From Dicyema japonicum (taxonomy: Eukaryota > Animalia > Dicyemida), in assembly GCA_011109175.1 (NCBI GenBank), contig RDEW01000053.1, positions 186,001 through 250,000 on the forward strand: a stretch of DNA of 64,000 bases. Reading direction: 5' to 3'. Position numbers and translations under genes: made by a program. Below, in pieces: positions 1 to 11,430 of the stretch (its first letter is position 1; the number at the start of each line of letters is the position of its first letter). The notes below the pieces were generated by a model, which worked only from the letters and a program-made list of their open reading frames with translations, did no database searches and was not told the origin of the DNA.

Positions 1-27
1 AATCACTTAAAACTCTATTGATTTTAA

Positions 28-300
28 AGCCACGTGGCGCCATTAGCTGTATGTGGCTAATCGGTTGAAAGCTTATCTTTCTTACATTTGATGTCGTTAT
101 TGGATCCTTACTCACCTTACTTAGGAAACGGTATTCAAAAGAATCCACCTATTCTTTCCACCGGGGAAACGATTTCGTTCCCTCGAGACGAGTTCTGTAA
201 TCGACTTCAAGTCCCAGGACAACGGTTTTGTTGATCAGGATTAAGGAATTAGGTTATTTTGGTTTCACCCTTCGTTTTTGGATTATTTTATTATTTACTT
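28..300 (+). mobile_element. Short non-autonomous element related to the Vingi-like family (diverged copy)
   Basis: Starts with the same AGCCACGTGG..ATGTGGCTAATCGGTTGAA hairpin as the copies at 30490 and 53665(-). Has a TGGATCC...AAAA-GAATCCA pairing and ends in a T-rich tail with TTA repeats. Boundaries approximate. Confidence 0.45.
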
Positions 301-3066
301 ATTGACTAAGCTTACAAGGGATAATCTTACTCCGCTTTTTCTGGAGCCCTTTCCTGATGATGTTAGTTGGAAATGAAAAGTCGACACGTGGAATTATCGT
401 TGAATTCTTTTTTAAAAGATCTCTGCTCTTGGTCTGTGTTAATAGTATTTTGTCTCAGGAGTGAATCGTATCAACAAAGTCCTTGTCTGATAAATCCCAG
501 GTTCGATGAATGGATATTATTTTACTGATTACATAAAAATATTACATTTTTGATAGAATTTGGAGATCTTGAAATTCAAGAATCTGTTTACAAAGGGTCT
601 TGTTGGCCTTTAAATTTCCTAATTTAGGGGGTAACTTTTCATTTCTAAGGTTCATTACGCTCGAAAGTCATGGGGACCATTTTCCGATAAAAAAGGTTGA
701 GGTTCCAATTCATACATTCAGTAAATTTTAAGCATCAAAGGTTACTTGGACAGTACGTCCAGTGATATTCGGATCGAGCCCTCTAAGGCAATCTGTTGTG
801 TAAGAAGGACAAACTCTCTGTTAGAGTCGGAAGGGAAGACACGTGAGGCGATAACGGAGTGATAGGCTGAATGTCAGAATAATGAGATCGCTTGTGAGAG
901 TTCACTAAAATTGACCATGGTTTTTTGTAATCGTTTTGATTGAAAATGTCAATCGTGCAGTTCGGAGCTTTTATTTATGAAAGACTAATCTCCACTTCAA
1001 GGCCACTTGAAGGTATGGTTACTAAGCATGCTGTTTATTTGTACAAAAAGCATTATTGGCAAAACTGTAGGTGTTTGAGTCATGATTAAGCCAAAATTCC
1101 CCCACGTTCACCTACGGGCCCTTGAAGACAACGAATACTGAAACGCAGACTCCCTGACTTAGCAGAATCCCTGCTCCAAGATCAATTTCCCTACGGTGGC
1201 GATATTATCCATCGTTGTCTTATATAGTATCTAAACATCGCCACATAAACGGAATAAAAAACTATAAAAGCCGAAGCTCTTGAAGATAAAATGAAAGTGG
1301 AGAGGTGAGGGTTATTTTTGACAAATCATCAAAGTGAATCATCTGTATCTGTGATGGAAGCATACCCCAAGTGCATTCATAAATATCGAATAAATCCCCA
1401 TACACCGGTGCAATTCATGAGGACCTAGTTGCGTGTCCATTCAAAATGGCCTCTTTCAAAATGGCCTCCAATTAATTTTTTAGGTTTTGGGTAAGTTCAT
1501 CAATAAACATCACGAGATTTTAGCGAAACGACATCTTTAGGTAAAAAAGTCATCTTTTTTAAATCTTATAAAAATTGATTTTAAGGGGTCCTATATGTAA
1601 GTGGAACTTTTTACCAAGGTCCTCGAAATCTTTAGGTAAAAAAGTCATCTATTTAAATCTTATAAAAATTGATTTTAAGGGGTCCTATGGGTGAGCGGAA
1701 CATTTAACCAAAGTCCTCCAAACCCTATGATTTTAAGATACTAATTGACTTCGGAATAAAAATTAATTATTTTTATTAAAACTAAATTTAATAAGTGATT
1801 GTCTCTTTTAATTTCTTTTATTATAATAAAACTTTTGAATAATTTAATTAATTAATTGATTCACTATTGCATGCCGTTTCTTGTTAACCAAAAGGGAAAT
1901 AGAAGTTTAGAACATGATGGAAATCTGTATCATTTAAAATACAGGAAGGACATATCACATATTGGAGGTGCTCAGATCGTACTTGTCTTGGATCTGTAAA
2001 AACTATTCAATCCTGTGATGAAGTTTGGAGTCTGAAGCAACATAATCATCTTCCAAGGAGTGAATTTGTCAAGAGAGCCTTAATACGGGAGGACATAAAG
2101 CAGAAATCACTCTTATGTGATATGGGTCCTAGACAGATGATTAATAATCTCTGCTTGGACAAAATTTGACAACTATTGCTTTGACAGGGACTCATTCTTC
2201 TCTGGAACAACTGATTAATAGAACAAGAAAAAGTATCCCACACGAAAGTGATGATTCAGTTCTTAATATTGAGGAGAATTTAATGTATACCTTACGAGGG
2301 CATAGATTCTATCAGTTTGGACACAGTTTTCGCCAAAATATTGGTATATAATGATTAACTTATCAGATGTTGAGACAAATATGGTTATTTTTTTTAATTC
2401 TGAAATGACGACACCATGAAAAATCATAAAATATGGTCTATTGATGGGACTTTTTCTGTCTGCCCTCTTCCTTGGAAGCAATTATTCACAATATCGGTAA
2501 TAATTAATCACCATGTAATTCCAATAATATTCTGTCTTTTAACATCAAAAAATGAATATGACACAATGCTTCAAAATAATTAAACGTCTCATTCCGGATT
2601 TAGAACCAAGAGTTATTGTCTCAGATTTTGAAAAAGGAGCAATAAACTCTTTTCAAAAATCATTTCCAAACGCACGGATAAATTGCTGCATGTTCCTAGG
2701 ACAAAATATCAATAAAAAAATATTGGAACTAGGAATTTTCAACGACATAAATAATGAAGATATAAATAGGTTAAATGTGATTTAAAATTAACGATAGATT
2801 TGTAAAACTGTTGAAATGCCTCTCCTTTATTCCTACACATACTGTAAAGCAGGGGTTCTCAACCTGGGGTCGATTCGACCCCAGGGGTCTAAAATCAATC
2901 CAGATCGATCGTAAGGGGGTCGAAAATAAATTTAATATATTTAATCTTTTTCAATTTAAATTAAGTGAGTTTATTTTTAAAGCGGTAAACCTTTGTTCTT
3001 TAAAATTTTTAAAAATTACCATGCTTGTTTTTGTTCGTGTATGAAAATTTTTAAAATTACCATCGT

Positions 3067-4140
3067 TTGGGTCTTCCGACGTCTATGGTTGGAAAATATA
3101 AAGGATTTGCGGCATATTTGAAAAAAATATGTCCAAATGTGATTCATATACATTGCGTTCTACATAGACAACATTTGGTTTCAAAAGCTCTTTCGCCAAT
3201 TCTACATGAAACGTTAAATATAGTTATTAAAAACCATAAACAAAATTAAAGCAAACAGCAAGTATGAACGTCTTTTTAAAAAATTTTGCTATGAGGCTAA
3301 AGAAACATATGTCCGTCTTGTGCTTCACACTGAGGTTATAGTTTCCAATTTTATTTTAAAGATACGATGTTATCAAAGGGAAATGCATTAGAACGATTTC
3401 AATATTATTTGACACAATCGTAAATTTTCTTACTTCTAAGGTGATAAAAATTTAGCAGATTTAATTGTTTTAGAAAAAGAAAAAATTGTTTATTTGACTT
3501 GGATTTTGGAAAATTTGATGAAGTTTCATTAGAACTTCAGGGAAAGTATGTGACGTTAATAGATTGTAAAAGAATTATTCAAATATTTATTGAAAAAATT
3601 AAGTTATATAAATATATTTTGGAAAAAAAATTATTATAACATTCCCGAATTCTACTCAATTGGTCAAACATTTGATGAAGATATTAACAATTTTTTGCAA
3701 CATTTATTAAGTATAGAAAGATTTGATTCTTCGATTCCAAGATATTCTTGAATTAGAAATTCCATCTTGGATGATTAATCCGTTTTTGTCAAAGCCAGAA
3801 GAACATAAAGAAATTATTCAAGAGGAATTAATTATGTTAAAATTCAATCCAGAATTAAAACTATATTATAATGATTCACAATCACCTGCTAATTTTTTGG
3901 CAAAATATGAAAGTGAAGGAGAGTTATCAAAATTGTGGACAGAAATTAGCACAATTACTACTCTATTTTCCGACATCATACTGTGTTGAATGCGGATTTA
4001 GCATTCTACATCGAATTGTAATAAAGAACGAAACAGATTGGAAGTGTCCATTAGAGGAGATCTTCGATTAAAAATAACACAAATAGAGCCAGATATCGAA
4101 TCTTTGGTCAAAAAACATCAGTCACAGGGATCCCAACGGT
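3067..4140 (+). pseudogene. hAT transposase remnant (C-terminal half)
   Basis: Motifs SMVGKYKG, HCVLHRQHL, LHTE-(I)R-x-LSKG across a 27-nt intron, FPTSYCVECGFS and RGDLRLK..IEPDI. Confidence 0.85.
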
Positions 4141-4268
4141 ATTTAATTTTTTTATTATAGATTTATACTAAGATACCAACTTAACATCGAGTATATACTT
4201 TTTTTGTTTTATTTGATTATTAACAATGAATTCAATTTTAGATAATTAACTAATTTTACTTAGAATTA

Positions 4269-4855
4269 AAGTTTGTCAACCCCATGAGTGCCGATGCGGC
4301 CGGAAGGTCGACTGCTATGGACATCATGCCCTTTCTTGTCGAAAAAGCGCAGGTCGATTCGCTAGACACAAGGCTATAAATGAAGTGGTGAAGCGCGCCC
4401 TCGAGTTGGCGGGATACCCATCCATTCTAGAGCCAACGGGCTTGAGTAGGGATGATGGAAGCGACCCGATGGAATTACTGTCTTCCCCTTCTCTCGGGCA
4501 AATGCTTAATTTGGGATGCTGCCTGTACTGAGAGCTTTTCCCAGTCGAAACTTTTGAGGTCGGCAATGAAAGCGGGAGAGGCCGCCCGTTTATATGAAAA
4601 CTCAAAAATAAAGAAATACAGCAGCCTCCTAAACCGTTTACATGTACAGCCAGTGGTCGTCGAGACGAGCGGAGTCTTTGGCCCCAAGACGGTCTCTTTC
4701 CTTAGAGCACTTGGGTGTCTATTGACCAAAGCCTCGAGGGAGCGTCGGGAAACCGAGTGGCTTTTCTAAAGGATATCCCTGGCAGTAGTCAGAGGTAACA
4801 GTCACTCGATCATATCCGCTGGACTCTAGAACAATTTTATTGTTATAAATAAATG
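4269..4855 (+). mobile_element. 5'-truncated CRE-like non-LTR retrotransposon (zinc knuckle plus restriction-like endonuclease)
   Basis: Translates to CGRKVDCYGHHALSC..RH..N..LEPTGL..RPDG..IWD..PVVVETSG..RISLAVVRGN. Flanked by a 14-bp TSD TTTACTTAGAATTA at 4255-4268 and 4856-4869. Confidence 0.88.
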
Positions 4856-5469
4856 TTTACTTAGAATTATCTGTTCAAAATAAAAAAGTTTTAAGGGGTC
4901 GAGTAAATATTAGGGGGGTCGAAAAAAAAGTCAAGGGGTCGACGAGTAAAAAAAGGTTGAGAACCCCTGCTGTAAAGAACACTTTTGATTGGATAGTGTC
5001 GAGATCAGATTTTCCTGAAATTATAAATCCATTATATCAATTATATTGGAAATCAAGAAAATGCATTAATTCCAAAATTTCCAATTAATTATTGGAATAA
5101 TCTGGATAATTTATATGAGGACTTACCTCGGACAAATAACTCAATTGAAGGCTGGCACAAACGTTTTTTAGAAATACATTTGGGACACTAAACAAGACGC
5201 CAAGAAATTTTTGTAAAGAAATTGATAAAAGAAGAAGGCATAAAGATAAAATTCTTAAAATTACAAAATGGAGAAAAAATTCTTAGAAAAACTAAATATA
5301 TCGCTTTATCTGAGAATATATGAGATTTGTTCAAGAACAAATATTACTTAATATGGATCCGACAGAATATATATTCATTTAGTAGAATATGTGTTCTATT
5401 AACATTTATAATCATTTCCTTTTTTCTTTTGAAAATAAATATTTCATTTTAAACTTATATAAAAATATT

Positions 5470-6087
5470 AAAAAAGATGACTTTTTTAGCTAAAGATGTC
5501 GAGGACCTTGGTAAAATGTTCCACTTAGCCATAGGACCCCTTAAAATCAATTTTTATAAGATTTAAAAAGATGACTTTTTTACCTAAAGATATCGAGGAC
5601 CTTGATAAAATGTTCCACTTAGCCATAGGACCCCTTAAAATCAATTTTTATAAGATTTTAAAAAAGATGACTTTTTTTACCTAAAGGATGTCGAGGACCT
5701 TGGTAAAATGTTCCACTTAGCCATAGGACCCCTTAAAATCAATTTTTATAAGATTTAAAAAAGATGACTTTTTACCTAAAGATGTCGAGGACCTTGGTAA
5801 AATGTTCCACTTAGCCATAGGACCCCTTAAAATCAATTTTTATAAGATTTAAAAAAGATGACTTTTTTAGCTAAAGATGTCGAGGACCTTGGTAAAATGT
5901 TCCACTTAGCCATAGGACCCCTTAAAATCAATTTTTATAAGATTTAAAAAGATGACTTTTTTACCTAAAGATATCGAGGACCTTGATAAAATGTTCCACT
6001 TAGCCATAGGACCCCTTAAAATCAATTTTTATAAGATTTAAAAAAGATGACTTTTTTACCTAAAGATGTCGAGGACCTTGGTAAAAT
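5470..6087. repeat. Subterminal tandem array of ~95-bp units (about 6.5 copies) in the MULE right arm
   Basis: Unit CTAAAGATGTCGAGGACCTTGGTAAAATGTTCCACTTAGCCATAGGACCCC... starts near 5490, 5584, 5680, 5776, 5871, 5965 and 6060. Two inverted copies lie at ~1530-1720. Confidence 0.92.
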
Positions 6088-6964
6088 ATCTCGTGATGTT
6101 TATTGATGAACTTATCCAAAACCTGAAAAAAATTATCGGAGGCCATTTTGAAGGAGGCCATTTTGAATGGGAACCCCTAGTTGAGAAGCATCTGACTGAC
6201 AGTACTCTCAGTGGTGTTCTACAAGCGAAGGGAAGATCATAACTCTCTTTAGCTTCGCATTCAATTTTGACTTATTCTTTGTACTTGGCTCACTCTTAAA
6301 TTAGTATTAAACTACCATTTGAACTGGAATGACTCCGTGGGGGATAAACTAGGCCATTCAAGAAATTATGAGGATTATTTGAATTTATATCGAAGAACAC
6401 ATAAAGGCTACTTGAACTCTTTGGGTTTTCGACTCAGCGACAGGACCAACCCCCTTCGAGCTCATTGTCATGAAAATATGTCACGATTTATCTCCCACGT
6501 GCATCTTCCAGGGACGCAAACTATTTGAGAATTCGTGGGATTACTGGGATCTCGGGAAAGCACCGAACAAACTGAGATCACTTAATGACTCCGTTTTTCT
6601 TCTAATGAATAATTTATTAATTAATTTACCCCCGATCCCTTNCTATTTGAGAATTCGTAGTGCGTGATCTCTGGAGATCTCTGGATCTCGGGAAAGCACC
6701 GAACAAACTGAGATCACTTAATGACTCCGTTTTTCTTCTAATGAATAATTTATTAATTAATTTACCCCCGATCCCTTCAAGCGATGGAAACCAGTGATTA
6801 ACAAGAATGTAACCACCAAAGCGGGCATTCCGAGATCAGTAGATGTTTGTGAAAAAAACAAAAAGGTATATCAGTCGAGGAGTCTTCTGTACTTCTTTTC
6901 TTTAACCATTTCCTTTTTTCGAACAGATTGTTACTCCGTTCGGTTATTTTCTTTCTATTTTCGT

Positions 6965-7025
6965 GGCGTCATGTGGTTCACCTTTTGTGGTGGCGCTCAG
7001 TGTAATAATACACCAAAAAGAACCA
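6965..7025 (+). ncRNA. Candidate HDV-ribozyme-shaped pseudoknot at the LINE 5' end
   Basis: P1 GGCGUC/GGCGCU, P2 UGGUUC/GAACCA, P3 ACC/GGU, P4 GUGUA/UACAC. P2 and P4 covary in the copies at 30572-30624 and 53528-53589(-). Catalytic-core residues are non-canonical. Confidence 0.5.
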
Positions 7026-7108
7026 TTTGCTCTTCCCCATCCAGACTCTTTATGCCTGGATGGTATACCTCAACTGGAAACTCGAGATGTTGTTTGTTCC
7101 CCTGGATT

Positions 7109-7147
7109 CTATTGCTTTCTGGAGATATTGAACAAAACCCCGGACCA
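7109..7147 (+). other. 2A-like (StopGo) ribosomal skipping motif
   Basis: Encodes LLLSGDIEQNPGP, matching the D(V/I)ExNPG-P consensus, directly upstream of the APE domain. Confidence 0.85.
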
Positions 7148-10100
7148 AAACCCCTTGTTATTATGCAACTCAATGCTAACGGAATAAAAACAAAGATTCT
7201 GGAGTTACGATCTTTATTAACGAAGCACAAGATTGACATCTGCCTTATCCAGGAGTCAAAACTTTCTACAAAGAGTTCAACCCCACTTTTTCCTGGATAC
7301 ATCTCTATCAGAAAAGACCGCATTGGACGTGGTGGCGGCTTACTCACAATTATCAGAAACGGTCTATCCTTCCACGATGTAAGCTTGCAAGTGGATGATT
7401 TAATTTACACGACAAGACCGCGGAACAAATTTCTATTGATCTTATTAATGGGTCAGAACATCTTATTCTAATCAACATTTACATTCCACCGCCGGGATCC
7501 TGTCCTAATAACTATGTTCCGAAGCTCGACAAACTACAAGAAATTCGAAATGTGTTACTATGTGGGGATTTCAACGCCAAACATCCGCAATGGCTTAGTA
7601 CCCAGTCGGCAGACAAGAGGGGGAGTCTAATTATCGACTCTCTCGAAAAAATGGTGATTCTGAATCACCCGAATATGTTCACAAGGACACCTATCCGAAG
7701 AAATGACAACCCAACCTCCCCCGACATATCCATTGCTTCCTCTAGGATTGCCCCGAAGATTTCATGGAACGTCTCCTACGATTTTTATAGTGATCATAAT
7801 CCAATCATATTAAAACTGAGTCGATTCAATAACTCGCGTAGAATTAAAGCAACCTTCAAGGTCTACAAGAAAGCTGACTAGTCGAATTTCAAGCTCTTCA
7901 TTGACAATAACCTAATACACTTTGATCCCACCTCATTTTGCTCCATCGACAAAGCAGTGGACCATCTAAACCATGTAATCCTTCAAGCTGAAAAGTTGTT
8001 TATACCACGTGCAGTTTACAAATCCTACAAGCCTACTCTGGACTCGGAGACTCGTCTTCTCATCAAACAAAGAAACTCCCTGAAGATGAATCATCTGCAA
8101 ACCTCTTCTGATTTGCAAAATATAAAATGCTTAAATCAGAGAATTACAAAGCTCATCAGAGAAAAGAAAGATAGGGCGTGGAAGCGCCTATTATCATCTA
8201 TTGGATATATGAAATCCACGAGTCTTTTATAGAAAACTATTCGTCGAATCAAGCTAAACTTATCAGATGAATCAGAATCTTTTTCTGCTCCAAATACTGT
8301 GCAAGCTAACAACCTAATGAAATATTACGCATCCATAAGCCACAAGGACTTCTCGAAATCCCATTCTTATCACTTTCGGAATTTAGTGCCTAAACCGACT
8401 TCATGGATTAATTTATTTACGCATGCCGAGGTCACACAGGCTATAAAATCGATGAAGAGATCTTTTACGTGTGGACCTGACGGCATTCCGGGAATTTTGT
8501 TAAAACACCTTGGTAATGCTGCAATCAATTCAATTACGTCAATTTTTAATTTGTCTTCTAACATGAACGTCATCCCATGCAAATGGAAAAACTCACTTAT
8601 GATACCGATCCTTAAACCAAAAACCGAAAACCCTCACCTTCTTCCTACCGTCCAATTTCATTAACGTGCGCATTATCGCGCCTAATGGAGAAACTCGTAC
8701 TCTGGAAAATTAAACCCCATTTGCCCGACTGCCACTTTCAACATGGTTTCAAATGTGAGCGTTCAACTACGACACATTTGACTTCACTGTCTCAATTTAT
8801 ATCAGAAGGGTTCAACGTACCGAAACGCCATCTACGGACAATAATGGTTTCCCTGGATATCCAGAAGGCGTTCGATTCTGTCTCGAGAATATTACTCACG
8901 AAGAAGGTTTTTGACACCACCATTCAGACGGATTTGAAAAGATGGATAGCCAATTTTCTCTCCGGAAGAAGAGGACGTGTCTGTATAGGCCACGCAAGAT
9001 CGAGGTCCCGTCTCCTACCAAATGGCGTCCCTCAAGGATCGCCCCTCTCTCCGGCATTATTCAACTTGTTCCTCAACGATTTACCCTGCCCTGGAGGACC
9101 AGATTCAATGCTTCTCACTTATGCTGACGACCTAATCATCGCTAGCAGGAACAAATACGTGGGTACAGCAAAATCAGAGCTTCAGTCACATATTGACGAC
9201 CTGGGAGCCTGGTTGAAGTTGAATCGTCTCTCCGTATCCAGGGACAAATCAACATATACAATCTTCACCACGGACAGAAAAGAAAAACATACACTGGATT
9301 TGAACATTTTTGGAGACTCCTTACCACTACAGACTCGTCCAACTATCCTGGGAGTGACATTTGACCCTTTGATGACATTTTCTCAACATGTGAAGAACGT
9401 TATGACAAAGGGTCTCAGGAAACTTAATATAATCAAACCGCTCTTGAAGTCCAAACCTTCACAGGAATGCGCCCTCGTCGTGTTCAATCAACTCCTAAAA
9501 CCGACGATTGAGTACGCTTGTGCCTCATGGGCCTATGGAGCTTCAATATCAAATTCACTCAAGATCAATACCCTAATTGGAAAACTAGCACGTCAAACGA
9601 ATCTACCCCCCGATCTTTTCCCTCCAATGCTTGACCACGCCGCAATCAAAAATAATGGCTCCGGCTTTATCTGTCTGTGTGGCCAAGAAACAAGTCGTTT
9701 CTTCCATTCAAGGCTAAAGGCTTCAAATACACGAAATTTGGGGAAAAACCCCACTCCTCTTCAAACCCTAATGAAAGATGATCGTCGTTTATTCAGGAAA
9801 GCCGTGGGTACTCTGGAGGAACACTGGAAAAACCTCTCGATCCTGTTGAGGCGTACCGGGATCACTTAATTAGTTGGATTACTCCTTCTTTCTTGGTGTT
9901 CCCTTTTCGGGGTTATTAAATAAAAAATAAAAATAATAATTTTCTTTCTGTCCAGACCTGTGGGTTCCAGTATGGGGGTAAACAACAGACCCCAGGACTC
10001 GTTTCACAATTCCGTTAATTGCCTTATGTTTTGGAATCGTCCAGCGCTTCATCGGCAAGAAAAGGCATGATGTCCATGACAGTCAACGCTTACAGGTACT

Positions 10101-11319
10101 TGTGAGTCTGGCAAATTTTCAGTCCAAGTCTGATGGAGATTTCAACGCGGACAGTATCGTCGTTCAGGTGGATCCTGACGCTTTCGATCGGGAGGGTCTT
10201 TCTTCTAATATAAAGTATATTTCTGATGAGACTTGTAGCAATCAAAGTGAGACACGTGGAATAAATTTATTTAAAAGAAATATCAACCGACGATCATACA
10301 CTAGCCGCCCTCACTGCGTGGTTATTCCCTCTAAGGATGGTGAGCGAGATTCCCTCAAATAGCTAGCAGCGCTCACTGAGATCTCCTGTGCGTATAGAAA
10401 TCAGACTCCCAAGGTGACCAGAAATTCCAGTGTCGACGGCTCAAGTGAACCGGATGTTTCAATCGCAGAAGAGCAACAAAAAATCCTCGGCTAAGATCGC
10501 ATATTTTGTTCGTTTTGATCTCTCGGCATGGCAGGCACTCTGAAATAAATGAGCGAAAAATAATCGATTTATTTTCCAAAAGGTGAAATATACGAAGTCA
10601 AACAAGTTAGTCAAGTGGTTAATTGATAGGAGGTTGAGGTGTTACGTACCTCTATTGGAAAAACGACTACTTAGCTTCACAATGGGTAAACCCTTTGTCT
10701 TCCTCTTCTTTGTGGTCATGAAAAAACTGACTGACTCAAAAGACATTGAAATCCCTAACAAGAGATGCCGAATATCTACATTCGAATCTCGTCTGTCCTA
10801 AAATTGAAAGACCTCATAGGATCATCTTTACTTGCCTCTGTAATGCGCAAGCTCACGTAGTTTCTCCAGATCCTCGCCCTTTCTGAGGCGTCTCTCAATC
10901 AATTATAGGTCCCGTCGATGAAAATCGAGAGGGCTGCTGATAAAATGGTCATTGTCAGATTAAAAACATTTTTCTCTTGAATTTTTCATTTTTCTTAAAT
11001 TTTATAATTATAGAATATTTTATTCATGTCCATTATAAATTTTTTTAAATATAAAATCTTTGTTTTTTAATGAAAGTGAGATTCAAAAACAAAAAAGTAG
11101 AGTTATCTTGTTTATCTCTTTTTGATGCCAAATCCAGTTTCCTTATAAATTTGCCAGATATTAGTTAAAGCACATCCACGTTACAAGTAAACACTGTTTA
11201 TGGTTTTGCTTGCGCCATGTTTTTCAACTATTCTTGCCGTTAGCCTTCTCCATCCCATTGTGGTTGAGGTGGTGCCTCTCTTAGTTATGCCTCAAAGATG
11301 TTCTCGTTCTATTCGATCA

Positions 11320-11430
11320 AGACCTTTTACTGTCGCTTCATTTAATGTTAGAAAACTATCAGCGAGTTTGAAAAAGTTCACCCTGTGCGAGGACCTAGAC
11401 AGAGTCAATGTCCACTTAAAGGATTATTAA
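11320..11430 (+). mobile_element. RTE LINE endonuclease N-terminal fragment
   Basis: FTVASFNVRKL..KKFTLCEDL, homologous to the RTE 5' ends at ~18270, 32300(-) and ~41110. Confidence 0.55.

Larger units (their letters stand above)
2850..4969 (+). mobile_element. hAT (Buster/Charlie-like) transposon nested in the MULE
   Basis: Perfect 15-bp TIR CAGGGGTTCTCAACC at both ends. 8-bp TSD CTGTAAAG at 2842-2849 and 4970-4977. Confidence 0.95.
1871..5402 (+). pseudogene. MULE transposase with N-terminal FLYWCH-type zinc finger, disrupted by a hAT insertion and frameshifts
   Basis: Reads MPFLVNQKGNRSLEHDGNLY..RC..C..HNH, then IDGTFS, VSDFEKGAINSF..FP and RTNNSIEGWH. Micro-introns 2344-2366 and 2770-2797 restore the frame. 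Confidence 0.85.
1432..6175 (+). mobile_element. MULE (Mutator-like) DNA transposon with nested insertions
   Basis: TIRs CGTGTCCATTCAAAATGGCCTC... (1432) and ...GAGGCCATTTTGAATGGGAACC (6175). Flanking direct repeat CCTAGTTG at 1424-1431 and 6176-6183. The same left terminus recurs at 18918. Confidence 0.9.
6965..9940 (+). mobile_element. Near full-length single-ORF Ingi/Vingi-like LINE (leader-2A-APE-RT; no RNase H seen), with stops and frameshifts
   Basis: ATG at 6971 is in frame with LLLSGDIEQNPGP. APE motifs: QLNANG, IQESK, GDFNA, SDHNPI. RT motifs: LDIQKAFDSV, GVPQGSPLSP, YADD, LGV. ORF ends GIT-stop at 9869, followed by an A-rich tail. Clade assignment is inferred from architecture. Confidence 0.85.

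Noticed and set aside
28-58. 5' hairpin AGCCACGT..ATGTGGCT as an HDV-like ribozyme
   Set aside because: The loop is too short to hold P2, P3 and L3, and no P1.1 or P2 partner follows; treated as a simple terminal hairpin.
5470-6087. Possible CRISPR-like array
   Set aside because: Units are repeated in full with no unique spacers, lie inside a MULE arm, and the genome is eukaryotic.
6521-6777. Tandem duplication of ~120 bp
   Set aside because: The two slightly different copies are separated by a single N (6642); most likely overlapping contig ends or haplotypes joined in scaffolding.
10050-10990. Possible gene(s) in coding-like sequence
   Set aside because: No coherent exon chain or recognisable motif on either strand.
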